This document shows positions 37,852-51,937 of a stretch of DNA of 64,000 nt, in pieces. Source of the DNA: Bigelowiella natans CCMP2755 (taxonomy: Eukaryota; Protista; Cercozoa); assembly GCA_000320545.1 (NCBI GenBank), contig ADNK01001509.1:62001-126000 (forward strand), written 5' to 3'. The notes under the pieces are model-generated. The model was not told the origin of the DNA. It did no database searches and was given only the letters and a program-made list of their open reading frames with translations. Both the position numbers and the translations under genes were made by a program. Positions within the stretch are counted from its first letter, which is position 1, and each line of letters begins with the position of its first letter.

Positions 37852-38829
37852 CTTACCGACTTTATCTTAGCAGTAGTAATAGTAATAGTAGTAGTAGTAG
37901 TAGTAGTAGTATTGGAGAGAGTTTTACAATGGGGGAGAGAGACACGGAGAGAGAGAGAGAGTGAGAGAGAGAGGACGACGCAAAATCTACAATGACCTCT
38001 ACCCATTACAATCGTGGTCATCATGAACATTGCTTTCTTCTTGCTGACTGACTCTCTACTACCGATTATTCGTGCTGTTGCTGCTGCTTTTGCAAACACA
38101 CACGTACACGTACACCCATACAGATTCCTGACGCAGTTACTTCTCGTTCATGGCACGCTGTCGTACTACCGAAACTCCCTCCTGATACTGTACTTCTTCT
38201 ACAAGAACATCATGATCGCAACCCAGCAGGTATACTTCCTCTTCTACGCGGGGTACTCGTCGGAAGAGGTCTTTGACGGGTACATGCTCAACACCTTCAA
38301 CTTATGCTGGACCGCACTGCCGATTCTGCTCTTCTCTGTCTTCGACCGCCCCGTGAATGTGGAGGAGCTCCTCGAGTTTCCACAGCTCTACCTCACGGGG
38401 CTGAGGGGGGAGTTGTTCAACTTTAAGACCTTCTGGATCTCCTTCGGCGAGGCCATTCTGCACGGGTCGGTGGTGTTTCTGTGCGTGTGGCACACGCTTC
38501 ACGACATCTTTGACAGCTACTGGGTATGCTCCGTGGCGACGTACACTGCGGTTGTGCTGGTGGCAAACACCAAAATGGCAATGATCACGTCTTCGTGGTT
38601 TTGGTTCAACGTGCTAATCATTCTCCTTACGGTAGTAGTAGTACTAGTAGTACTAGTAGTACTCAAGAACACCACTCATCATCATCATCAACATCATCAT
38701 CATCACCACCACCATCATCACAATGATCATGATCTAATCAACAATCGCTTGTCAGGTGTTGGTGTACTTCGTGTTTATTTCTCTCTACTGTGGGGAGATC
38801 GGCTTTCAGTTTTCTCCCTGGCTTTTCGG

Positions 38830-38865
<36 letters not shown>

Positions 38866-39983
38866 TAATTAATTGCGTATGTATGGTACTCGATATGTGA
38901 ACTTGTTGAGTGAGTGAGTGAGTGAGTGTGTGTGCGTGTGTGTTTGTGTGTGTGTGCCATCGCTGTTATATCGTTGTATATATGGAACGGGTGATGAGGA
39001 AGGTGATGATGATAATAATGATGATAATTATGTTGATAATGATGATGATGATGATTAGAAAGACTAGAATACTATACAGATGCGACACCGTCTTCCTCAT
39101 CACAATCACCGTTCATCGTCATCATCATCGATTTTCCACCAGGTAATCCAGCAGATCCTCCAGCAGCCCATGTTTTACTTGGTGGTCTTTTTCCTCTGCA
39201 TAGCCGTGGTACGAATAAATGCTAAAACCTCCTAGTTACTACCACTACCCACCACTACTACCTATGATGATGATGATGACCACCACGACAACGAAGAATC
39301 AATGCAGTAAGAGGTGAAATAGAGCTAATAGGAGATGTGCACTCCATCAGCACAGCAAGCATGATTCTAAATATGAAAGGAAGAGAATTTTTGCTGTTCC
39401 CTATTTCATGATTGTTTGGGCAGAAGCCCCCTCCTCTTTGTCGGTTGAAAAGCCCCATCACCGCCTCCACCAACCACCATCGTCCTGGTCATCATCGCCT
39501 TACTTTCTTGTCGTTCATAGTTCCTGCAGGACTTCACGTGGACGTACATCAAGAGGATTTTCATGCCCTCTTTGATGATGCTCGTCCAGGTTGTAAGAGG
39601 AGGGAGTGGAGGGGGAGGAGGAGGAGGAGGAGGAGGAGGAGGAGGAGGAATGTTGTGTCTGTGTGTATGCGTGTTTGTGTGTGTGTGTGTGTGTGATAGT
39701 CATGTCACTGATTATGACCGCAGCAGCCATATCTCTGGTATATATGATGATAACATATAAGGAAAAAATGATGATGAGGATGATGAGGATCACGGCACCG
39801 ATGCTTGTTTGTACGTTATTGATTGTTCTAACCCACTCAACGTCACTCATCTCTACCACGCAGGAAACGAGAAGCAGAGAATATGACAAAAGTAACACGA
39901 AGAAGGAGGCTCTTCTCCTTGCGGTGTGGGCGATTTTGATTGTATTTCATTCATTGTTACTGGTGTACATGGCCAATGATGAC

Positions 39984-40019
<36 letters not shown>

Positions 40020-40432
40020 ATCCACTAACATCATGATGATACGCCCATGTGTTTCCCAATCATTCTTCTACCATTGTTCCATATTATTAATCTGTCGCTT
40101 ATTTTACTTAGCTCAACGCCCAGGATGATGAAAGAGAAGGTGCGTTGTGTTGTGCTGCTTGTGTGCAGCAGCAGCAGCAGCAGGATTATACGTTTTGTTG
40201 TCCTTTGCCCAACAAAGAAGTTTTCATGTGCTTTTTTCCATCTCCTAAGACGATGCTTATGCTACTACTGTTTTTGAGGGATTGTTCCTTTAAGTCACTT
40301 GTTATAATATATGACAACATCTCACCTCACAACTCAGAGTGGAAGACACAAGAGATGGGAAGCATGAGGAATAAGGAAGAAGAACACCACGGCCACGGAG
40401 GACAGAGGGCAGGAGACAACAAGGAACAATGA
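32790..40432 (+). CDS. P4-type ATPase (phospholipid flippase, DRS2/ALA family), many exons; start approximate
   Basis: NYVSTTRYTVWNFLFK, QFQKAANFYFL, LDGETNLK, PISLYVSME (P4 signature), SDKTGTLT phosphorylation motif, FSSDRKRMS, KGAD, LTGDK, IGDGANDV, YFFYKN. Last exon stop at 40432. Confidence 0.95.
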
Positions 40433-41049
40433 GATGATAGAAATGGTGGTCCAACACACGAAGAACATGCAAGATTCCACACCACAGTACTACATAAATT
40501 CCTGAGACTGTTTGTTTCCTTCCGGGAGAGAGGAGAGGGGGGGGGGGGGGGGGGGGATTAGGGAGCAAGGATAGAAAACTAAAATATGGGAACCGCGCCA
40601 GAAATGTTTATAGAGTGATGATGCTCACGACATATTTCACGGATTATCCTCCTTATACACAACAGCAAGAAGGAAAGGGAAGGTCCATCGGTGGTGCAAC
40701 CCAATTCCACAATAGCAGCTTAAACGCGTCCAAAGCATAGTAAGGGAACAATGTACCATGGTGGCGGAGACTGCGCCGGAAAGTGTGCTAGATTATTGAC
40801 GCATGATAAGGTCATTCAGAATTGATCTAATAAAATGCGGTAGTACGAACGCCGAACAAGCAAAGTTGGTAATAACTAGCTGTGATAAACCCCCAGCCGG
40901 CAGCAGAAAGCCTTTCATTATTAATTTATACTTCTTTCGATAAGGAGGAACATTGGCATCGATATCGTACCTAAATGCCAGATAGTATTTTTTTCAATAT
41001 GTAGCGTAGTGTCAAAGATTCAAGTGTAAGCTGAAATATCTTGTTATTG

Positions 41050-41880
41050 GCATGTTGCAATTGCATGGGCGATGCGACAATAAACGTAGCTTAAAAGTCT
41101 ACACATATATTCTTTTCATATATTCAGCCTTATTCGCAGCAGCGCGCGATCAACAGTTGCAGCTGCATGTAGTGTTTTGTGGCACACTAGCACACACCAT
41201 GCACGTCTTGTTGTATACGTCCGGATTTAGACATGCAATCACATCTCTAAGCTAGATCTAGACACATCTAGTTAGCTAGCTAGCTCTAGAGCTAGATATC
41301 TAGCTGCGAGGCAACGCAAGTGAATAGTGTTCTAGTGTTGTCATATAGTGCTAGCTAGCTAGCAGAGCGTATAAGCTAGTATGAGCCTTAGAGCCTAGCT
41401 AGCCTAGGAGCGTGATGCTGTCTAGCTGTGTGCATCTCTAATGATTATAACTGCATCGTACTAGTCTAGTACGTAGTGTAGTCACCATGACCATCTGCTA
41501 GCTAGGTATCCTTGCGCGCATGATCGACTCGCATGTCAGCTAGTTTCCGCGCGGCGATGGCCAGGCTAGCCTGCTAGCAGCTAGTCTTGAAGTAGCATAT
41601 GGATGCGCACTAGCTAGCTAGCTAGCTTGCGATGAATGATCGCATCGAGAGCGAGCATCACTATGTAGTAGCTAGATCAGCTGCTGCAGCACATCTGACA
41701 TCTCTAGATCTAGCTAGCTAGCTAGCTCTGACTTAAAGTTGCATTTGTCATGTAAACGTATCTAGCACATATGTGTGCTAGTGTACTGTCGCCACAGCCT
41801 ACCTAGCTATGAACATCTAGCTGCCCGCCGTGTATAACCCAGCTAGCATCACGTACGTCTAGTACGTGCTCGAGACAGGA
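41050..41880. repeat. GCTA/CTAG/TGCA-rich low-complexity intergenic tract between convergent genes
   Basis: Many (GCTA)n runs and 4-6 bp palindromes with few homopolymer runs, read directly. Confidence 0.75.
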
Positions 41881-42271
41881 TGGATATGAGCAATTTTGAT
41901 GATTGATGCATAATTTACGCTGGCATAATAATAACGATACTGGTCTCATGCATAACTAATGCCATAAATGCTTCCATGGCTTCGAACAATTTATTTATAC
42001 ATAAACTCGAATCAAACGAGCTTTAACATCATAACATAGTTTATCTGTTTATCTGGGATCCAACCGCAACTTCCACCATGCACGCATGAACACTTACTTA
42101 TTATTTTCTGGACTTATGAAGGAGCACAGAAGATATAGAAGGATAAAGCACACGTTTAATGATCTAGATGATGCTGACGATGTAACGGGAATCCCACAAG
42201 TGCTGACTGTGAGGGATAAGTTGAAGGGAACAGTAGCCGTAGAACTAAGCAGTATCGGTTATGATTGATAC

Positions 42272-42951
42272 TCATGCTTCTAGCTTTATAGCCTTAAGCT
42301 CCTCGCTCACCTGAACAATAATCGATGGATATATCAGTTTTACGAGTGATTTAAAAAAAAAAGTCAAAGGAAAGGAACGCACTTGGACGCCTGCTTTGGT
42401 CGCAGGGTACTTGGAAGCGTCCTTTGCTTTCTCAAACTTGCCTGGAGAAGATGAAGGGAGAGAAACATAGGAAACAGTAGCATTCACACATTGCCTTCCA
42501 AACATAAGCAAACCCTGCGCGCGAGCACCCACACGCACCACCCACACGCACCCCCCACACACACACACACGCGCGCGCGCGCTCACACATAAACATGCAC
42601 GGTAAAGAATCACCTAGAGGCGTGAGAGTGTTATCGGAAGCGATGTGAGAGAAAAGAGTGCTGGAAACACGCCAAGTTGACTTCCCGGCAGCCTCTGCTT
42701 TCTACAGTAGTACGACGTCCACACAATGTATCATCTCAAATATTCAAGACAAGTCAAAAAGCGTTACCTCCAAGAATACTATCGCTACAACTAATACTAC
42801 TACTACCTACAAGCAATATCTTGTTGCATGTTACCTTCTTTGCAGCTATCGTAGCATCGGACACGACCACCTCGTGAAATCCAGCAAGGACATATCCCCC
42901 TATATTCACAATATGCAATCAGTGCTTTAGTTTGTATTTGCCTGTTATTGT

Positions 42952-42983
<32 letters not shown>

Positions 42984-44165
42984 TCATCACGGTATATTTA
43001 CAACTACTACTAGATGCGCACTGCACATCATCTACGGACTAACGCACCGGTCAGCCATTCGAACTGCTTCCCTGCCTGTACCCAGCGCAAACACACACGC
43101 ACACACACACACACACACACAAAGTGGATGAATAACAGATTGACAAGTCCATTCAGCGATTTATTTTGAACATATAAATTGGTGCTTGCTTCCGTGTGGC
43201 AGCTTGATGCATCTTTGTTTATGGTACTGGGGGTATTCATGAAGTGGGGGGGGGGAGGAGGAGGAGGAATAATACCTGGAGGAGAAGACAACCCGGAGGC
43301 ATCTTCACAGCGCGACGCTTGTTATCCCTGATGTATAAGAATTTCCATATATATATATATATATATATATTGTATAAATATAAATATATACAAATTCTCA
43401 ATGAATAACATGCAGTATCTAATGTACTGCTGCAGTAGCTGGAGTCTCGATTGCGGGCTATTATCTTTTTCACCGTTCATGACTCTCATCATCATCATCA
43501 TCATCATCATGACCATTTTCAGCACTCCCCCCCTCCCTTGATAGCTGTTATTTCTATCAGCTTCTACAACATAACGGAACCTCGTCCACACGTAGAGGCC
43601 AGGAAATCGCGATTTCCCGTGGATTGTAATGAAGTTTAAATCTGGTGAAAGGGTGGCCGTAAGAACGACAAAATGATTCAATTCTGCAAGCTGCTTTAAG
43701 TATCCTATCCTCTCCTCTCCCCCCCCCCTCCTCCTTCTCCTCTTCTTTTCTAATTATGCGAAATATTGATATCTGCTAGCACTACCGTAATGGTAGGATG
43801 CAAAAGCGGTGTCCTTTTTCGCATATTTGCTAAGATCCGACCCCGTAGGAGCAAGTAGGTGAGGCCCTGCAAGCATAAGAAGATATATGTCATGATTAGT
43901 AGTGCGTTCGTATGCGTTGTGTGTGTGTGTGTGTGTGTGTATTGCTTTGCCATCAGGAGAGATATGGAGATGGAAGAGGAGGAGGAGGAGGAGGAGGAGG
44001 AGGAGGTTGAAAACATTAGCACACACCATTTTCCATGAGCTTTATGAATACGTTGCGTTCGAGACCGAATCCTGAAAACAATTCACTGCTGTCATCACCA
44101 TCATCATCATCATCATCATCATCCTCAAGAACCTCCAAAATAACAATATCATCAACTGAACATGC

Positions 44166-44196
<31 letters not shown>

Positions 44197-44480
44197 CCTC
44201 TTTCATGAGGTTGCTAAGATAGCAATAAGGTATCTATTCTCCATGGGTGACGGACGGAGAAGAGGAGAAGTAGAAAGTAAGGATTGGCATGCAAAAAGGA
44301 CATGCAAAAAGAACTAAGAACAGAAATGTAGTACCGCCAGCTGCCATTTGTGTGACAGTGCGCACTGTTTGCATAATAAGGCTACCCCAAGTGTCCATAC
44401 ACTGTTATTACATAAAAATAGAAATCACGATGATGAGGATGATGCACACTACATATTAGTTAAGATAGATAAATAGATAG

Positions 44481-44524
<44 letters not shown>

Positions 44525-45990
44525 TCTCCCAACCAGGAATTTGCTTTGGTATAACATTGGAAACGTTCAGCTGCTTGAAATCCGTTTTCTCAGGGCGCTT
44601 ACCAATGCGCCAGAAATACCGCCATTTTGGGTCTTTGCCAGGGGGGCACTCCTGATCGCAGCATCACAGTGAGTATGATTCATAAAGAGATGGAGAGGAG
44701 CTCAAATGTAAACTGGTATCCTTAGTTCTCCTATGCTACTACTCCTCCTACCGTTACAGGTCTGTCTTCGTCGGCCATTCCTTTTGCTCGCTCACAGTGA
44801 TTACGGGCTTGTTCGACACCCTCAGGTGTTGCTCCGATCTGATAAAGGCGCACTCAGTCTTGGATATCTCTTTTGGGAAGCAGAGTTTGATAATGCTTTA
44901 CCTGATAATGATACTCAGGATGAACCGTCTCCATTTTCGCCTTGAGGTCCAACTCGTAGAATCTGTTGGCGCATAAGACAACAACGCAAAAATCAAAGAA
45001 GAGAAAGGGGCGATGCATGTACGATATTTATCATAAAACTGCAAGGAAATTGATAGATTTCCTGGAACTACAACCTCACTAATTTTCAGCATTACACGAA
45101 GAGGCATTGGAGAATTCAACAAGCAATACACATGAGCACAATAATGTTATTATTAACTGCATAAAATGACCCCAAAAATTGGCACCCTCTCTCCAGCACT
45201 TCTTCTTCATCATCATCATCATCATCATCACCAATCATCTTATTTATACAATTACACCATCATTATTTACTTTTCCATATTGTCAATGAAGGTATCGTTA
45301 TGCTCCATGCTAACCTGAACAACAACATCACAACAACTTGTTCCATTTGGCCATACAAAGATTTCGGTGTGTGTGAAACTATTGGGCAGCACGAGATAGA
45401 CTATCAATTACCCTAGGATCCTTGACAATTAGAAGACCGGTCTCATGAAACATTTTTGCCACAAGCTGAAGAGTGAATACCATCAATGAATTAGCCGATG
45501 TGATGTTGAGTCAAATAGACTTCATAATCTCAGATGTACCCTCTCAGTCTGCTCCCCTACTGACTACAATAGCTACCTTACAGTCCTCCTCCGCGCTATC
45601 AGGGTCCTTCAGAAACTTGCTCAAATCCTAGATAGGTTTTGGAAGAGTAGATCGAGAAAACGTCAAAGTGGGTGAGTGATGATTGGGACGGCGATGCAGA
45701 GGGTTTGTGCGAATAATATACTGGAAATTACAACAAAGGTTCCTTTTGTCAGACTGACGTGCAAATATTTGCGTCTACATATCCGGTTGCCCCGAATTAT
45801 TCAGACGAAGGATGTGATATGTTTATCATCATACAAAAGACTGCCCCCAGACCCACACTTTCATTCACAACGAAGTTGGCGTGCATCAATCAGCGTTGAT
45901 TATCGCGAAACAAATTCTGCAAGACAGTACCAGAACAGGGAAATCTGAGCTCTTTTCATTGCCCTCAGAAGGCACTTCCTTGGTCGCCAT
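42272..45990 (-). CDS. 2-oxoglutarate/Fe(II)-dependent dioxygenase (isopenicillin N synthase / clavaminate synthase-like superfamily), many exons
   Basis: Spliced: MATKEVPSEGNEKSSDFPVL|DLSKFLKDP...FHETGLLIVKDPR...HPEYHYQIGATPEG...DPKWRYFWRIG...GPHLLAPTGSDL...YHYDLNFITIHGKSRFPGL...AGKQFEWLTG...GFHEVVV...WRVSSTLFSHIASD...EELKAIKLEA*. The HxD...H triad and RxS motif are present. Confidence 0.88.
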
Positions 45991-46572
45991 GGCTCGTCCG
46001 TGCGAGGGGATTGTGGGGATACAGACTGTACCACCACCACCTGATATTTCATCGGAGCCGACTTTTTATTATTATTCAGAACCCGGTACCCTAAGCCCGT
46101 CCCCTTGTCGCAATGAATATAATCAAGGTAAAATACATATAAAAGACATGATACATGGGATAAAACACCGTGAAACACGGGGCGAAGAAATGGGATGGGA
46201 GCGCTTTCAGCGAGACTCCGAAGGATTTTCCGAGCGATCTCCGGTCGTAATAAATGCCCGGTGTTCTTCTAATCCCGGTATTGTAACAACTTGAATTTCG
46301 CATCACCACGTGGTTTGTTTCTGGACCAAAGTCCGATATTTGGCTGCTAGGTCAGGCGAACTGCGACAGATCAATCCAGCAATTTCAGGCGCCGCCCTGT
46401 CTACCTCATATCCCTCCTCTGCACCCGTACCAGAACCTGTCAGGGCGGAAATTGTGGCAAGTCGAGAAAGACAGTCTGCATACCTCGATCTACACAGCGG
46501 TGCACATCCAGGGCAATCACTGCCTCCTAGCCTCCAAACCACAACTTGTTCTTGTTCTTGTTGCTGACCAAC

Positions 46573-47568
46573 ATGGAGAGCAAGTTCTACCCGCAGTATA
46601 AGACGGTGGACGGCTGGATTGCGAAGCTGTTGAAATGTCAGCACCTCTCTGAGTCGGAGGTCAAGGATCTCGTCGCTAAGGTGACATGATGTGAGATATG
46701 TGGGGTTAGTAAACTGTTTCCTGACTCCTTCCTTCCTCAGGCGCGAGAGATCCTGGAGCGCGAGGACAACGTACAGCCTGTCCGATGTCCAGTGACAATT
46801 TGCGGTGATATCCACGGCCAATTTTACGACCTATTAGAGTTGTTTCATATAGGGGGAATGCCTCCTGACACCAACTATCTGTTTATGGGCGACTACGTTG
46901 ATCGAGGCAACTTCTCCATTGAAAGCGTTTCGCTAGTAGTTGCGCTGAAGGTAAGACACAAGGACCGCGTGACGATGCTGCGTGGCAACCATGAGAGCCG
47001 CCAGATCACACAGGTGTATGGCTTCTACGACGAGTGCCTCCGTAAGTATGGGAACGCAAACGTCTGGAAGATGTTCACCGATCTCTTCGACTATCTCCCT
47101 TTGTCAGCAATCATAGAGAAGCAGATTTTCTGCCCTCACGGTGGGCTATCCCCATCCATTGACAATCTAGATGATATTATGGCTCTGGATCGAGTGCAGG
47201 AGGTGCCGCACGAGGGGCCCATGTGTGACCTGATGTGGTCGGATCCCGACGACCGCTGTGGTTGGGGTATATCCCCAAGGGGCGCCGGCTACACCTTCGG
47301 ACAGGATATTTCGGAGCAATTCATCCACAACAATAAACTGACTGTCATCGTGAGGGCGCATCAGCTGGTGATGGAAGGCTTCAAATGGGATCACGATAAG
47401 AACCTAGTCACGATCTTCAGTGCCCCAAACTACTGCTACAGATGTGGAAACCAGGCAGCAACGATGGAAGTCGATGAACTGCTGGAGTACACGTTTCTGC
47501 AGTATGATCCGGCCCCAAGAGATAATAAACCTGAACAGAAGCAGAGGTCCCCAGACTATTTTCTGTAA
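46573..47568 (+). CDS. PPP2C: Serine/threonine protein phosphatase 2A catalytic subunit, 311 aa; join(46573..46680,46741..47568)
   Basis: [74 protein letters not shown]-terminal PDYFL. 60-nt phase-0 intron. Confidence 0.96.
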
Positions 47569-48534
47569 AACCAGCAGCTTGGTACTCACTAAGATACAGC
47601 TTCAACTGCTGAGAAGTATGCACGTTCGCAGGCGTGAGCGTTTTACATTTAGTTCAATTTACTTACTAAATGCAATTGATGTGGAAAATATAGGAACCGT
47701 ATGAATGACGACCATATGGACACTAAAATCTCCATCACGAATATATTAGAAGTTTCGGAACGTAAATAAAGAGAAGATGCATTGACTAAATGTAAGCACA
47801 TTTGGGTTGCGTTATTTAATACCCTGTTTAATAGACTGCGCGGCTTATGTCTAGATGTAATAATGTCAGCTTGTGTTCTATAGCCTGGAGGGCTATATAG
47901 CGTACGCACGTACGAACATGTGTAGTTTCTACTCTACATCTAGCTAGACTCATCTTAGACTTAGAAGACATGTGTAGCTACAGATGGATCATGAACGGCA
48001 CTGCGTGCACATGTGCGTGTGCATCGCGTGACGCCCTTACGCTTGTCATGCGCCACGTGCACAAATCTTGACACACATCGTCATGTGCTAGTGTAGAGTG
48101 GCATGCATCATGGTGTAAGCATGCGCTGGGCATCTACGTACATGAGCGCTGTAGCACAACTGCTGCTTTGCATGGCTACATTAGGGCGCTAGGGCGACCA
48201 TTGAAATAATTTAATCGTTTCATTACATTTGTCTCATGCATACAAAAGCGTTGCATAGTCATACAAGCATGCCTCCGGCTTGTGATAGCATGCCTAAGAT
48301 GGAGCACAATTCAATTCTATGTTTAGCGTACATGCCCATGCACGTGCATGAGCTGTAGGACATATACATCACGTGTACATATATGCGGATCAGGGGTGTC
48401 GTAGCTACCCCCATCTAGTAGCAGCTTGTATAAGAGTTTATAAGTTCGCTATACAGAGCACAAATATAAGAGTTCTTTGCTGCGCCAGACAACAGCGATA
48501 ACGACAATGATATCGATATTGTGTAAATTCTCTA

Positions 48535-50637
48535 TTAGAGTTGACGTTGACGATCACGTTCGTTTAGCACTTGGGCGAAAATTTGTGCGAGCCTTGAGGC
48601 TTGGTCAGGGGATGAGTCGGCGAGCTCGTTGACTAACCTTTGAGCGTCAAGAGCTTCTTCCTCAGCAATGTCTGTATTCTCCTCTCCATCCCTCTTATTA
48701 TGATGGAACATGTCGGACAGTATCTGAGAGGGGAAATGCACAATCCTCTTTTAAATATAATGTAAGAAACCGCTCATAACAATATACACCTATGAACCCC
48801 AGTGGGTGGAAGATGAAGAATCTACAACTTATATTGAGGCCAGAGCATTACCTTCTGTGCTTGCTCATCGTTTTCCTCCGTGGCTGCCATCTGAAGATTG
48901 AACCAAACAGATGATCGGCAATTTTAAAGGAGGCTTCAAAGTTGACAAATGCATCCTGGGAACATTGTACTGAAAACACGGCTACTGCCAAAGACCATGG
49001 CATTTTCAAGGAGCTTTCATGGAATTCATCATTCTATCCCACCTGGACGAAAGCTCTTTGCATGTCTCGATACAACCCACCCTTCTTATACACAGCCATG
49101 CTGAGGCTAATGTCCACGCCTAAGAAAGGAACAGCACAATCAGATGACAACTACACGGAAAACTACTTTGGTTAGCGGGGGGAAGTAGCAGACGTAATTT
49201 GACGAGATTACGGGATAGATTGTAGATTCACAAATGCTCTAAATCAATTTGTCATAATAAATACTTCTGAGATAGTCGCCCAAAGCTTTGCTCGGTGTGA
49301 GGAAGAAGGATAAGGATGAAGCCGAGTCCTCTCCCACGACCTGTCGTACCCGCTCCAAACCCTTCACCCCACCCCCTTCGAGCATCAACTTCGTCCATAT
49401 TAAGCTTTCTGCAGCGTTCATGACAGAGGGTGGCAGCTTCATCATCGTCTAACGAAAGCATACCATCAAGGAAAAGTCAATCGCACGTGCATATTCACGT
49501 GGTATGCAAAGAAAAGAGAATGCACAGAAAACAGGTTCTCGACGATTTTGGCCCTCTTCATAATTCAATCGCGGCAGGAAACATCTTGAAGTATCAAAAT
49601 CTTCGCAACGATCGGTTGTGTGCTTGGGTACGTGTTGGCAGTGCTGCCACTCGAATGCAGCTTGGTCGCTATGTTGTTACCTTGGAGGGAGAAGAAGCAC
49701 TACTACTATCAGTGCTATGTGAGGCTTCTTCTATCATTGATGTTGCTCCTGTTTCTGATGCCTCATTCTCGCTATTAACCCGTTGGTATAATAGAGAAAA
49801 ATACTGTAGGACAGGGGATATCCGTTTACGTTGGTGCTGCTGCTGATGCTGATCTATATTAGAATCCTCCTCCTTCCTTTCTAGCGGCAGAGTTCCAATT
49901 AAAGAGATTGCCTTTTTTGTGGGGAGACCAAACATGTTAACGATCAATCTAGAAAGAAGACTTTAAGAGGAGGAGGAAAGGGGGAGAGGGGGGGGGGGGG
50001 GGGGTTGAGAACGAGAATGCAACTACTGCATGAATCGGGAAAACAGCCCATCAATAAGGTTCTTCCTGATGGATCATCCTAAACCCCATCCCCCCCAAGT
50101 ATTTACCTCTGCGGAACGAAGATAGTGATCGACGTGCTGTGATGATGCCAGCTCCAACGCCTCATCAATAAGCCTAGGAGTCTCTATCATTTCCTTTGTT
50201 GTTGTGGTAAATAATACATATTCTGTTAACGATAATCGTCATACTTCTACTTCCAAACACTCTCTTACATAAAATCTGCGAATCGTTTGTAGCTCTTCAT
50301 CCGAAACCATCTGTTTGTATGTAAATTAAAAAGCATCTACCAATGCATAGCCGGTGTTAATTATCTAAGCTTCTCTAGTATGTGCACACAAGAAACCTAT
50401 CAGTGGCTGCTTTGAATAGATTATTCCAATAACACGCTGATAGACTGACCTCGTTCTAACATTTCAAACGTTTCGAACGATGTGTTCTCACTACTATTAA
50501 AACGTACTCGCGAAAGGAGCTCTTGGGCTGATTTGTAGCTTTTACTGGCTTTCATTAGCCAACTAAAATCACACAGATGTACTTCCTTGTAATGACTTTG
50601 TGAGTATAAATAAGTATAGTATTTGAGTTCAGACATG

Positions 50638-50717
<80 letters not shown>

Positions 50718-51937
50718 CACTCATACATGTATCAATATGCACATATTGTTGATACATTTCATATAGTTTCTTTATTTAATTGTTGCGTCTCTAGGAAGAC
50801 ATCACAAGTATTGGATTTCTTGAGAAATCGTGTTATATCGTACCTAATCGCTCTATGTCGACTCCTTTCAGCGTTGCTGTATGGCAAACATTCAGAATCA
50901 TGAGAATTAGCTTGTACTTCAAAGTCTTACAATTTTGCAATGAAATTGTTATCAACCAAGGGACTTTCTACTCTAGTTATGTAATGTCTCTCGAAATACT
51001 CCTCCTCCTCCTCCTCCTCTTCCTACTACTACTACTACTACTACTACTACTGCTGCTGCTGCTACTGCTACTGCTACAACTAGTTGCTGCATTCAACCCG
51101 TAGCCCACTAGATGGAAATTTGCCATGAGAAAGATCGACTTCTGGTCGCCCTGCATTTTTGCAACAACAACCACAACAACAACACATACATGTTATCGCA
51201 AATAAATGTTGTACGAACTTAAGGGAGCAACACGAAGGAAAGTTTGTACATGTCAATCGAGTAGAAACAACGAAGAGGAAATTCAGGATTTGTGGTTTTT
51301 TTTTTTCACTCGAATCGACGCAAAGTGGCCGGTTGAGATCATCTAATATCATCAACCACAAACCACTTCCTCAAGAAGCAGAAATCAATGACTAAAAGTA
51401 ATCTCACACCAAGTCTGCCTTTTGAGCGTACTCGTCCGTCCACCGATACTCCATGGCACGAACCACCTATGGATCAGTAGATAGTAGTAGTAGTAGTAGT
51501 AGTAGTAGTAGCATACTCTGCCTTATCTCTGGGCATGAAGATTCATTCTATTCAAATAGTATCGTCCTATTCGACCACCAGCGTAGAAATATGGGTGATA
51601 GACCAGAATTCACCAGTTTTCCCTCCCCCTCTCTCTGTACATATTAGGTCTACCTCTGAGAGGCTATGCGAGATTATTTGTGTGTTTTTCTTCTTCTTCC
51701 TTCCTCGGCCCTTTGTGGCCACTATTTGGTCCAGCTCTCCATTTCTCACACCAGTGGATGTAAGGGACGACGACGACGATGATAATGCTGATGACGATGA
51801 CGATGTCGATTCCTTCTTTTCCCGGTTAGCTTTCTGGAGATAATCGTGAAATGGATTAGGTTGTCATCCCACCCTACGTGACTCTCGCTTGCACACGTAT
51901 GTTACCATAGATGCCCTACCTTTTTGGCTGCGGTCAT
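48535..51937 (-). CDS. Multi-exon hypothetical protein
   Basis: Series of AG/GT-bounded coding-like segments (MTAAKK|KANREKK..., SHYKEVHLCDFSWLMKASK..., MKLPPSVMNAAESLIWTKL..., terminal ...RLAQIFAQVLNERDRQRQL* at 48535). No family recognised; start approximate. Confidence 0.5.
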
